NCBI GenBank assembly: GCA_049414405.1
Contig: JBMSAQ010000006.1
Location: 1-32,000 of the forward strand
Reading direction: 5' to 3'
Origin: Candidatus Nanopusillus sp.
GTDB taxonomy: Archaea; Nanobdellota; Nanobdellia; Nanobdellales; Nanobdellaceae
Length of the DNA: 32,000 bases
Of this stretch, positions 16,837 to 25,426 are shown piece after piece. The first letter of the stretch is position 1; the number at the start of each line of letters is the position of its first letter. A model generated the notes under the pieces. The model did not search any database, was not told where the DNA came from, and worked only from the letters and a program-made list of their open reading frames with translations. The position numbers and the translations under genes were made by a program.

Positions 16837-17460
16837 ATGGCACAGGAAAACATTTGGTTGGTTAGTTTAGAAGAATATATAAAGGCGGGTGTTCATATAG
16901 GTACAAGAATAAAGAACAAACAAATGAAAAAGTTTATAGCTAGAATAAGATCCGATGGGTTGGCTATTATAGATGTAATAAAATTAGACGAAAGATTAAG
17001 GTTATCAACGAAATTGTTATCAAAATATGAGCCACATCAAATATTGGCAGTTGGTAGAAGAGAGGCTGCGAGAAAACCATTACAAATGTTAAATAAATAT
17101 ACGGGAATAAATGTTTATCCAAAGAGATATCCTCCTGGATTATTAACAAACCCGGCTTTAGATATATTTAAAGATGTAGATGTTGTTATAATAACAGATC
17201 CTGTACTTGATAGAAATGCATTATTGGATGCATACAGAACTGGAAAGGTGACAATTGCATTCGTTGATACAAATAATTCTTTAAACTATATAGACATTGC
17301 TATACCAGCAAATAATAGAGGAGCAAAATCTTTAGCTTTATTATATTATATTATTGCTAGAGAATATTTAAGAAATAGAGGACTATTGTCTAAAAAAGGA
17401 GAACTTCCAATCTCCCATGAAGAATTTATGGAAAAAGGTTTGGAAGAGGAAGAAGAATAA
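16837..17460 (+). CDS. rps2: 30S ribosomal protein uS2
   Basis: MAQENIWLVSLEEYIKAGVHIGT... is the canonical archaeal uS2 N-terminus. The track ORF starts at 16789 inside uL2. I prefer the in-frame ATG at 16837, which begins 1 nt after the uL2 stop codon. The C-terminal tail is acidic (EEEEE). Confidence 0.88.
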   Translation: MAQENIWLVSLEEYIKAGVHIGTRIKNKQMKKFIARIRSDGLAIIDVIKLDERLRLSTKLLSKYEPHQILAVGRREAARKPLQMLNKYTGINVYPKRYPPGLLTNPALDIFKDVDVVIITDPVLDRNALLDAYRTGKVTIAFVDTNNSLNYIDIAIPANNRGAKSLALLYYIIAREYLRNRGLLSKKGELPISHEEFMEKGLEEEEE

Positions 17461-17491
17461 TTTTATATATTAAAAAATTTTATAATATTAT

Positions 17492-17887
17492 ATGGCATTT
17501 GATTTTATAAAAAATGTATTTGGAAAAAAGAAAGATGAAGATTATGATATAAATCAGCAAGGAGATTTTATGAATTATCCACCAGGAGGACCAGGAAATT
17601 ATCCTTCAGGTCCATATCCAAATGACCCGTTTCCACCACCATATCCACCACCAGTTCAAAATCAAAATGTATTTCAGCAAAATCAATTTCCGGGACAATT
17701 AAATCCTCAAGCATATTTATCAAATTTCTCTCAGAATTATGGATATACAAATCAATATACAAATCAAGTCGATTATAATGCTATACAAATATTAAGTACA
17801 AAGTTAGATACAATTGCGACAAAACTGGATAATATAATTGCTCTATTAAATAATTTACTCCACTATTTTCAATATTATAGGCGTTAA
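17492..17887 (+). CDS. P/Q/N-rich low-complexity protein with C-terminal amphipathic coiled-coil helix
   Basis: The 131-aa product has a basic N-terminus (FGKKKDED) and a roughly 75-residue Pro/Gln/Asn/Tyr-rich region (YPPGGPGNYPSGPYPNDPFPPPYPPPVQNQNVFQQNQFPGQLNPQ...). This is followed by the heptad-like LSTKLDTIATKLDNIIALLNNLL. A TATA-like element lies about 26 nt upstream, and the stop overlaps the next ATG (TAATG). Confidence 0.6.
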   Translation: MAFDFIKNVFGKKKDEDYDINQQGDFMNYPPGGPGNYPSGPYPNDPFPPPYPPPVQNQNVFQQNQFPGQLNPQAYLSNFSQNYGYTNQYTNQVDYNAIQILSTKLDTIATKLDNIIALLNNLLHYFQYYRR

Positions 17888-18639
17888 TGAATTTTTATCA
17901 AAATTTTTATCAATATTTTATACATCCTGTAGTAGAATATCAATATAGATATAATATATATAATACATTTTTATATGGGTTATTATTTGTTATTGGTTTT
18001 ATCATTTTTTATTATCTTTTCGTAAAAAATAAGAAAGTAATTATCGATAGATATTTTTTATTAAATCTAATTATTTTGACTTTAATATTTATTATTCCAA
18101 GAGTAAACATGGATTTAGGTTATACAGTAAGAACATATCTATTACTTACACCTTTGTTAGAATTATGGATTTTAATATCTTTTTTACCAGTTCTTTTTTT
18201 ATATAAATATAGAAAGTATTACTTATACATATTATTGATAATTTTAATATTGGAGATTCCAATTTTTATTTTTGGAAGATCAATAAATTTATTACCATTT
18301 TTAATATTCGTTATATTGTTTTCTATTTTAATTTATTTATCATATAAAGAAAAATTATTTTATTTATCAATCTTTGGTGAAATATATGAGACTATTTTTT
18401 CGATTATTTCTATATATTATTTTAATTTACAATCAGAACATCTGCTATTAAACATTCTTATTTTTCAATATAACAATCCTTTATTATTTTATGGATTAAA
18501 ATTATCTTTAACATTATTCATTGCACTATATACAAAATATTATTTAAATGATGATATAAAAAATGTAATATATACGATGATATTTTATTTAGGGTTTTTA
18601 CCAGGTTTAAGAGCTAGTCTTATAGATATATTATTATGA
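17887..18639 (+). CDS. Polytopic membrane protein, tentatively DUF63 family
   Basis: The 250-aa product has about 7 predicted TM helices. Its N-terminus (YFIHPVVEYQYRYNIYNTFLYGLLFVIGF) resembles my recollection of the DUF63 N-terminal signature (Y..P......GYN.vnT..Y..iL). Confidence 0.5.
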   Translation: MNFYQNFYQYFIHPVVEYQYRYNIYNTFLYGLLFVIGFIIFYYLFVKNKKVIIDRYFLLNLIILTLIFIIPRVNMDLGYTVRTYLLLTPLLELWILISFLPVLFLYKYRKYYLYILLIILILEIPIFIFGRSINLLPFLIFVILFSILIYLSYKEKLFYLSIFGEIYETIFSIISIYYFNLQSEHLLLNILIFQYNNPLLFYGLKLSLTLFIALYTKYYLNDDIKNVIYTMIFYLGFLPGLRASLIDILL

Positions 18640-19328
18640 AGTATAGAGAAATATGGAAAGTGTATGGAAAAGTATTTGATAAAAATACATTATACTATTT
18701 GGATAAATTATATAGAGATCATTATATAAAAGATGAGTTAACGTTAATCTCTGAAGGTAAGGAAGCAATTGTTGTAAGATCTGGAAAATTTGCAATAAAG
18801 ATATATAAAGTAATGTCAATAAGCTATAAAGAACAAGTAAATTATTTAAAGACAGATCCTAGAATACATAATTTTCCAAGAACAAAGATTGGAATAATAT
18901 ATACATGGGTAAAAAAGGAATATATAAACCTAAGAAAAATGTACAAAAATTTAGTGAGAGTTCCAATTCCATACTTATATAAAGGAAATATATTGGTAAT
19001 GGAATATGTAGGTTATGAAAATAGACCATTACTATTACATGATTGTTATGATTTAATTGAAAATAAGGAAGAATTATTTTTTGATATATTAGATCAATAT
19101 AAAAAAATATATAATAAGGCCAAATTAATTCATGGAGATTTTTCAGAATATAACATAATTATATTTAACAATATTCCATATATAATAGATGTGTCGCAAG
19201 CAATACCAGTTAATTCTCAATATTATGAAGAATTTCTCAATAGAGATTTAAATAATATACTAAATATATCTAAAAAATTGAATTTAAATTATGATATGAA
19301 GTATGTAACTGAATATATTGGTATTTAA
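18636..19328 (+). CDS. RIO-type serine protein kinase (RIO1-like, no N-terminal wHTH)
   Basis: The 230-aa product has ISEGKEAIVV...AIKIYK (P-loop/Lys), NLRKMY, ILVMEYVG, and the catalytic LIHGDFSEYNIII plus IIDVSQA (metal-binding loop). Confidence 0.85.
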   Translation: MKYREIWKVYGKVFDKNTLYYLDKLYRDHYIKDELTLISEGKEAIVVRSGKFAIKIYKVMSISYKEQVNYLKTDPRIHNFPRTKIGIIYTWVKKEYINLRKMYKNLVRVPIPYLYKGNILVMEYVGYENRPLLLHDCYDLIENKEELFFDILDQYKKIYNKAKLIHGDFSEYNIIIFNNIPYIIDVSQAIPVNSQYYEEFLNRDLNNILNISKKLNLNYDMKYVTEYIGI

Positions 19329-19352
19329 AAATTATCTTTAATTTTCTATATA

Positions 19353-20435
19353 ATGGATGTTAAAGAACTTGAATTACAAATGTTAATAGAAGAATTAAGT
19401 AATTATAATGGCAGGGCTACAGAACTAATTTCATATTATATACCGGCCGGATATGACTTAGCTAAGATTTTAGACCATTTAAATTATGAATATTCAACTG
19501 CTCAAAATATTAAGGATAAGAATACTAGGCAACATGTGATGGATGCATTGGCAAAAATAATAAATTATCTGAAAGGGTTAAAAAAACTTCCAGACAATGG
19601 TCTAGTAGTATTTTGTGGAAATATATCAAACAGACCTGGAGAAGTCGATATAAGATTATGGGCAATAGAACCTCCAGATAAATTAAACATTAGATTATAT
19701 AGATGTGACTCTAGGTTTGTATTAGACCCGTTAAAAGAATTAATATTACCAAAGCAAATATATGGGTTAATAGTTTTAGATAGAGGAGAAGCTTCTATAG
19801 GAGTATTAAAAGGCAATCAATTGATAGTATTAGAAAATAAGCAATCATGGGTTCCTGGTAAAATAAGGGCTGGAGGACAATCTTCTGTAAGATTCCAAAG
19901 ATTAATAGAACAAGATGTTCATTTATGGTTAAAATATTTAGCAGATGAAGTTAGAAATTATTTTGAAAAAGATTTAGATAAATTGGTTGGTATACTGGTT
20001 GGAGGGCCGGGATTACTTAAAGAACAATTTGTTAATGGTGATTATTTACCATATCATCTTAAACAAAAAATTTTGGCTGTATATGATACGGCATATTCAA
20101 ATGAACACGGGTTAAAAGAATTATTAGAAAGGGCAAAAGATGTATTAAAAAAAACAGAATATGTAAGGGAAATAGAATTAACAAAATTATTTTTTGAACA
20201 TCTTGGAAAAGGTACTGGTTTAGTAATTTATGGATTTGATGATGTAAAAAGAGCATTAGAAATTGGCGCAGTAGATACAATACTAATATCAGAAGATTAT
20301 AAAGATAAGACTAAAGAATTATTTGAATTAATTGAACAAACAAATGCAAAAGTTGAAATAATATCAAAAAATCATCCTGAAGGGGAACAATTTTCAAACT
20401 TTAAAATAGGTGCAATATTAAGATTTAAGATATGA
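19353..20435 (+). CDS. prf1: Peptide chain release factor aRF1
   Basis: The 360-aa product has GRATELISYYIP, the tetrapeptide NIKD in the NIKS position (19506-19517), YRCDSRF (YxCxxxF), and the GGQ motif (RAGGQSSVRFQRL). Confidence 0.92.
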   Translation: MDVKELELQMLIEELSNYNGRATELISYYIPAGYDLAKILDHLNYEYSTAQNIKDKNTRQHVMDALAKIINYLKGLKKLPDNGLVVFCGNISNRPGEVDIRLWAIEPPDKLNIRLYRCDSRFVLDPLKELILPKQIYGLIVLDRGEASIGVLKGNQLIVLENKQSWVPGKIRAGGQSSVRFQRLIEQDVHLWLKYLADEVRNYFEKDLDKLVGILVGGPGLLKEQFVNGDYLPYHLKQKILAVYDTAYSNEHGLKELLERAKDVLKKTEYVREIELTKLFFEHLGKGTGLVIYGFDDVKRALEIGAVDTILISEDYKDKTKELFELIEQTNAKVEIISKNHPEGEQFSNFKIGAILRFKI

Positions 20436-21712
20436 TAGATTATAACAAAATATTATCTAAAATAAAACCATCTGAGGAAGAAAAAAAGAGAGTATATAAT
20501 ATAATAAATGAGTTTTTTGATATATTAAGATCAAATAATTTAGAGCCGTTCTTAGGGGGATCATTTGCAAAAGATACATGGATAAAAAATGATTTTGATG
20601 TAGATGCATTCTTATTATTTAAAGATGATAAGAATATATCTGATATTGTTGAAAATATCTTAAAGAAAGAAAATTTAAACTATATAAGAATAAAGGGTTC
20701 TAGAGATTATTTTAAAGTGGGTTATAAAGGTTTAATATTTGAATTAGTTCCAATATTGAAAATAAATGATATAAGAGAGGCTAAAAATATTACTGATCTT
20801 TCGCCATTTCATGTTAAATATATAATAAGTAAATTAAATGAAAAAATGAAAGATGAAATTAGATTACTGAAAGTATTTACAAAGAATATAAATGTTTATG
20901 GTGCAGAATCTTATGTTAGAGGATTTTCTGGATATGCAATAGAATTAATATTAATAAACTACGGATCTTTTGAAAATACTATAAAAAATGTATCCAATTG
21001 GAGACCAAAAGTAATAATAGATTTAGAAAAATATTATAAAAATTATGATGAGATAAAAAGAAATTTATCAAAAGATAAAATAAAATCTCCAATAATAATA
21101 ATTGATCCAACTGATAAATACAGAAATGCTGCAGCTTCTGTTTCTTTACAGAAATTTTCAGAATTTATATATTATTCTAGATTATTTTTAATATCTGAAG
21201 ATAAAGAAAAATTCTTTTTTAATAGAATATATAAGAATTATGATGAAATAAAGAAATTAGCTGAAAAATACAATGTAAATATGATATATTTAAAGATGGA
21301 GGGAGATTCAAATAATAAAGATATAAAAAATAGTAAAGCTTTATCATTATTTAATAATATTAAAAAATGGATAAATAATATTGGATTTAAAATTTTTAAT
21401 TACTATTATTTTTTCGATGAAAATTATTTATATGGTTATATATTATATTATCCGGATAAATTACCAGAATATGAAGTAAGAGAAGGTCCATTATTGTGGG
21501 AAGAAAAAAATTATAATAGATTTTATGAAAAACATAAGAATGAAGAATTAATAATTAGAAATGGAAAGATATATTCAATTACAAGGAGAAAAATAAATGA
21601 TATATACAAAGCATTAGAATTTATAATCAATAACTATAAAAATAGTATTAGAAAGAAAGTAAAGTACTTATATATTAAGATAGGTGAAAAAGAAATTGAA
21701 ATTAAATATTAG
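20432..21712 (+). CDS. cca: CCA-adding enzyme (archaeal class I tRNA nucleotidyltransferase)
   Basis: The 426-aa product has GGSFAKDTWIKNDFDVDAFLLF (catalytic carboxylates), LSPFHVKY, RLLKVF, and YGAESYVRGFSGYAIELLI. Confidence 0.88.
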   Translation: MIDYNKILSKIKPSEEEKKRVYNIINEFFDILRSNNLEPFLGGSFAKDTWIKNDFDVDAFLLFKDDKNISDIVENILKKENLNYIRIKGSRDYFKVGYKGLIFELVPILKINDIREAKNITDLSPFHVKYIISKLNEKMKDEIRLLKVFTKNINVYGAESYVRGFSGYAIELILINYGSFENTIKNVSNWRPKVIIDLEKYYKNYDEIKRNLSKDKIKSPIIIIDPTDKYRNAAASVSLQKFSEFIYYSRLFLISEDKEKFFFNRIYKNYDEIKKLAEKYNVNMIYLKMEGDSNNKDIKNSKALSLFNNIKKWINNIGFKIFNYYYFFDENYLYGYILYYPDKLPEYEVREGPLLWEEKNYNRFYEKHKNEELIIRNGKIYSITRRKINDIYKALEFIINNYKNSIRKKVKYLYIKIGEKEIEIKY

Positions 21713-21746
21713 TTATATTTTTAAAAAATAATGAAAAAATTTCTAT

Positions 21747-22439
21747 ATGAGTAAGATTTCTACCGGAATATATCCAATAGATAAATTGTTAGATGGAGGT
21801 ATCGAAACCGATATTATCACATCATTTTATGGACCTTCTGCATCAGGAAAAACAAACATTGCAGTAATAAGTTCTTATAATATTTCTAAATTTGGTAAAA
21901 AGGTAATATATATTGATACTGAAGGTGGCTTTTCTCTTGAAAGATTAAAACAGATTGCAAAAGAAGATCTTGAGAATGTAATAAAAAATATATTATTATA
22001 CAAACCAGTAAATTTTTCTGAACAAAAAAAGGCAATATATTTAACATATGATTATGTAAAAAAGAACTCTAATGATGTTGGATTAATTGTTATAGATTCT
22101 ATATCAATGTTATATAGATTAGAAAGGGGTGATAGCAATGTAAATGAAGTAAATATAGAACTTGCAAAACAATTACAGATATTTTCAGAAATTTCTAGAA
22201 AATATAATATACCAGTTTTGGTTATAAATCAAGTATATTCATTGTTTGATAATAGAGATGCAATCGGAATTGTTGGAGGAGATTTAATAAAATATTGGTC
22301 AAAATGTTTGGTTGAATTGAAGATTTTAGATAATGGTATTAGAGAAGCAATATTAAGAAAGCATAGGTACTTACCAGAGGGAATATCTGTAAAATTTAGA
22401 ATAGTAAATGATGGAATTATTGAATATAAGGAAATCTAA
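21747..22439 (+). CDS. radB: DNA repair and recombination protein RadB
   Basis: The 230-aa product is a RecA-fold core without the N-terminal HhH domain. It has ISTGIYPIDKLLDGGIE, Walker A GPSASGKTN, and Walker B LIVIDS. Confidence 0.85.
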   Translation: MSKISTGIYPIDKLLDGGIETDIITSFYGPSASGKTNIAVISSYNISKFGKKVIYIDTEGGFSLERLKQIAKEDLENVIKNILLYKPVNFSEQKKAIYLTYDYVKKNSNDVGLIVIDSISMLYRLERGDSNVNEVNIELAKQLQIFSEISRKYNIPVLVINQVYSLFDNRDAIGIVGGDLIKYWSKCLVELKILDNGIREAILRKHRYLPEGISVKFRIVNDGIIEYKEI

Positions 22440-22843
22440 AAATTAAACTTTCTTATTATTTCTTCAGCTTCTTCTTTAGATAATTTATGGGTATTCCAAT
22501 TAAATAATTTTTTATATCCATCTTCGTCATATTGTGGTAATATATGTATATGTGCATGAAATACAGATTGTCCAGCTTTTTTTCCATTATTTATTATTAT
22601 ATTATAGTCTTCCGATAATTTTTCTTCAAATAATTTTAAGAATTTTGTGAAACTTCTATAAAAATTCTTTATATATTCATCATCAATATTTGATATTCTA
22701 TAAAAATGTTTCTTTGGTATAAATAAGATATGCCCTTTGTTTAATGGATTTATATCTAGAAATGCTATAGAATAGTCGTCTTCATATAGTATATATGAAG
22801 GTATTTGTTTATTTATTATCTTACAAAATACACATTCTTCCAT
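22436..22843 (-). CDS. HIT-family nucleotide hydrolase/transferase
   Basis: The 135-aa product has CVFCKII and the histidine triad HAHIHILP. Confidence 0.9.
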   Translation of the reverse strand: MEECVFCKIINKQIPSYILYEDDYSIAFLDINPLNKGHILFIPKKHFYRISNIDDEYIKNFYRSFTKFLKLFEEKLSEDYNIIINNGKKAGQSVFHAHIHILPQYDEDGYKKLFNWNTHKLSKEEAEEIIRKFNF

Positions 22844-22874
22844 AAATATTTGATATATAAAAATTTTAAATGTT

Positions 22875-24017
22875 TTATATTTCTTCTAATACCTTTTTGA
22901 TGTCATCACTATTTGCTACATATTTAAATTTACTAAATACATTTGAAAAAATGACTTTTTTATCATTAGTATTTAATGATTTTACATATTCTACAATTTC
23001 TTTCTTCAATTCTTCTCTATTTCTTTTATATAAGTTATTTTCTCTTATTATATCTTCAATATCCTTATTATATTTGATATAATAATAATATATTATTGGT
23101 ACTGCATTTTTTACAATTTTTTTATCTTTTAAATAATCTTTTATCTTATATACAAAATTTAAATCAAATTTTTCTATTTTTTCTTTGAATAAATTTTCTG
23201 TATCCCCAATCATCTGAAAGAATAAATAATACACAGTAGTTGAATCTATATCGAAAGACATTTTTATTATATCATTTATATATTCGCTCCATATTATATT
23301 TTCAATTTGTTTTTCATTATATCCAAAAGATTTTAACATTTGTTTAATAAATTCTGGATCGATAGAATTTAATATTGTTTTTCCTTCATTTAACAATTTA
23401 ATATATAGGTCTTTATCAAATTTTTTTAAATAATATATATTGAATGTTTCTTTAATGTCTCCATAACTTATATTATATCTTATTATATTGTATTCATTAT
23501 TTTCAATAATGTCTTTATCAATATATAGGTAAGGATGATCAGTTTCAGGATACATTCTTTCAGAACCTGGTTGCGGTCTTAAAAAAGATGTAGTTCCATC
23601 ATCGTTTGCTTGTCTGGTATCTTTTGGTATTCCTTTAATTGATTCATTTATTCTATTTATTATTAAGTTAAAAACCTTTTTGGCTATTTCATAATCTTTT
23701 GATATTAATAATATAAACGCATCTTCATCTGAGCAGTTTAATATTTTTTTAACATTTTTGACTTCTTCTTCGGATATTCCGTAGTTTGGTAATTCATCTG
23801 AATGTAATATTCCCTTTAATCCAAATTTTTTTGCAATATCAGAAAATTCAGTTCCTATTCTTCTATTTGGTGATATTTCAAATCTAATCATTTCTTTCAT
23901 TTTATTGAGTTTTATTCCATATACTTTAGCCCCATTGTCTATGTTCAATTTAACTAATTTAGATTTTGTTTCTTTAAATATTTCGGTTAAGTCATATATT
24001 TTAATCTTAAATATCAT
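22875..24017 (-). CDS. gatE: Glu-tRNA(Gln) amidotransferase subunit E, C-terminal portion only (N-terminal ~280 aa of canonical GatE absent)
   Basis: The 380-aa product contains ISPNRRIGTEFSDIAKKFGLKGILHSDELPNYGISEEEV...IKGIPKDTRQANDDGTTSFLRPQPGSERMYPETDHP. This matches the GatE region ..GRRLGTE.ADYAKK.GV.GIFHTDELPAYGITEEEV..GVPEETR.A..DG.T.YLRPLP...RMY.ETD as I remember it from methanogen GatE (~620 aa). The helical/tail region follows. No upstream ORF supplies the missing N-terminus. Confidence 0.75.
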   Translation of the reverse strand: MIFKIKIYDLTEIFKETKSKLVKLNIDNGAKVYGIKLNKMKEMIRFEISPNRRIGTEFSDIAKKFGLKGILHSDELPNYGISEEEVKNVKKILNCSDEDAFILLISKDYEIAKKVFNLIINRINESIKGIPKDTRQANDDGTTSFLRPQPGSERMYPETDHPYLYIDKDIIENNEYNIIRYNISYGDIKETFNIYYLKKFDKDLYIKLLNEGKTILNSIDPEFIKQMLKSFGYNEKQIENIIWSEYINDIIKMSFDIDSTTVYYLFFQMIGDTENLFKEKIEKFDLNFVYKIKDYLKDKKIVKNAVPIIYYYYIKYNKDIEDIIRENNLYKRNREELKKEIVEYVKSLNTNDKKVIFSNVFSKFKYVANSDDIKKVLEEI

Positions 24018-24048
24018 TAAATATAAATTTAAATAAAAAAATAAAAGA

Positions 24049-24588
24049 TTATTTTTTACCCTTTGTTTTTGATGCTTTTTCTTTCTTTGTAACTTTTGAA
24101 GAATATTTATCTAGTAATATTTGTAGGTTATGTATGATATTTTCCAATTCTATTATTCTGAAATTTTCTTTTTCAGTCAATAATGATCCGCATTCTCTAC
24201 ATATAAAATCATTTTCATAAGCATCATCGAAATTATATATACTTCCACACTCATTACAATAGTATATTGTTTTTGGAGTATTTTTAATTTCTTCATTAAT
24301 TCTATTAATTTCTTTGTTAATCAGCAAGCTAAATAATTTTTCTTTATTCCTCATCTTATTCCCCCATCTGAAATCAAATTTTCCATTATTATTTATTATG
24401 CTTATTGGATATACTATATTATTTTCTTCTAATATGTATAATAGTTTTCTAATTTCTTCTTCCTTTATCTTTAATTGTCTCTTTATTTCTTTTTCTGTAA
24501 ATTCTTCTTTATCTGCCATGTATTCTAATATTTTTAAATAGTTTTCGTTGAGCAAGTAGCTCATAATACCTATAAGGTTTTTTGACAT
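24049..24588 (-). CDS. tfe: Transcription factor E alpha (TFE, TFIIE-alpha homolog)
   Basis: The 179-aa product has an N-terminal winged-helix region (ILEYMADKEEFTEKEIKRQLKIKEEEIRKLLYILEENNIV) and a Zn ribbon (CNECGSIYNFDDAYENDFICRECGS). Confidence 0.8.
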   Translation of the reverse strand: MSKNLIGIMSYLLNENYLKILEYMADKEEFTEKEIKRQLKIKEEEIRKLLYILEENNIVYPISIINNNGKFDFRWGNKMRNKEKLFSLLINKEINRINEEIKNTPKTIYYCNECGSIYNFDDAYENDFICRECGSLLTEKENFRIIELENIIHNLQILLDKYSSKVTKKEKASKTKGKK

Positions 24589-24602
24589 TTATAAACATTA
24601 TT

Positions 24603-24621
24603 GATTAACATTGTGTTAATC
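24603..24621. promoter_or_regulatory. Perfect 8-3-8 palindrome GATTAACA-TTG-TGTTAATC between the TATA region and the ATG of tfe; candidate operator
   Basis: The palindrome is read directly from the sequence. It lies 15-33 nt upstream of the tfe ATG (24588), and the TATA-like TTATATTAAATAT lies just beyond it at about 24622-24636. Four additional GTTAA motifs occur in the same 112-bp intergenic region. Confidence 0.4.
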
Positions 24622-24700
24622 ATATTTAATATAACGTTAATGAATATCCTTCTTAAAATTTATAAATATTAATGCAATGTTAAATAGTGTTAACGATGCG

Positions 24701-25426
24701 TTAATATATGAACTTAGCAAAATTAGTTTGTATGATATTTGATAATTCTTCCAAATCTATTTTTTGCATATTTGAAATTAATCTATAAAGGTCTTTTAAC
24801 AAGTCTGGGTGGAGTATAATACCTTTATAATTGTATGGTCCATCAGATTCTGTTATTATATTTTTTATATTCGCAATTTCTATATATCTTTTATACTTCT
24901 CATTTATTATTGTTGCGACATTTATACCTATAAAATATCCTTTATCAATTATTTCTTCCAATAATTTTTCATCCCCACTATACCAATGAAAATACGCCTT
25001 TTTAATATCATACTTTATTAAAAGATCAAATACCTCATTTGAAGCATTGGGAGTGTGAAGATTTAAATTTAATTCATATTCTTTTGCTAAATTTAAAAAT
25101 TTTTCAAAAATTTCTTTCTGTTTTTCAAATGTTTCTGGTTTAAATTTTTTATCTAATCCAATTTCTCCAAGTATTTTTATTTTATTTTCTTTTATTATGT
25201 CTTCTATTATTTTAAATGTTTTTTCATTTATATTTTCTACATTCCAAGGATGAATTCCTACGGCTGGTATTACATTTTCATTTAATTGAGATAAAAACAA
25301 ATTTTTTAATGAAGATTCTAAATCTTCAGAGACAGACAGTATTATTATATCTCTATTTTTTATTATTCTTTTAATTTCTGTTTCATTAAATTTATATAGG
25401 TGACAATGAGAGTCAATATATTTCAT
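24701..25426 (-). CDS. TatD-family metal-dependent hydrolase/DNase (paralog 2)
   Basis: The 241-aa product has IDSHCHL, GEIGLD, LHTPNA, HWYSG and TESDGPY. Its ATG overlaps the stop of the upstream 131-aa ORF (ATGA at 25423-25426). Confidence 0.85.
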   Translation of the reverse strand: MKYIDSHCHLYKFNETEIKRIIKNRDIIILSVSEDLESSLKNLFLSQLNENVIPAVGIHPWNVENINEKTFKIIEDIIKENKIKILGEIGLDKKFKPETFEKQKEIFEKFLNLAKEYELNLNLHTPNASNEVFDLLIKYDIKKAYFHWYSGDEKLLEEIIDKGYFIGINVATIINEKYKRYIEIANIKNIITESDGPYNYKGIILHPDLLKDLYRLISNMQKIDLEELSNIIQTNFAKFIY

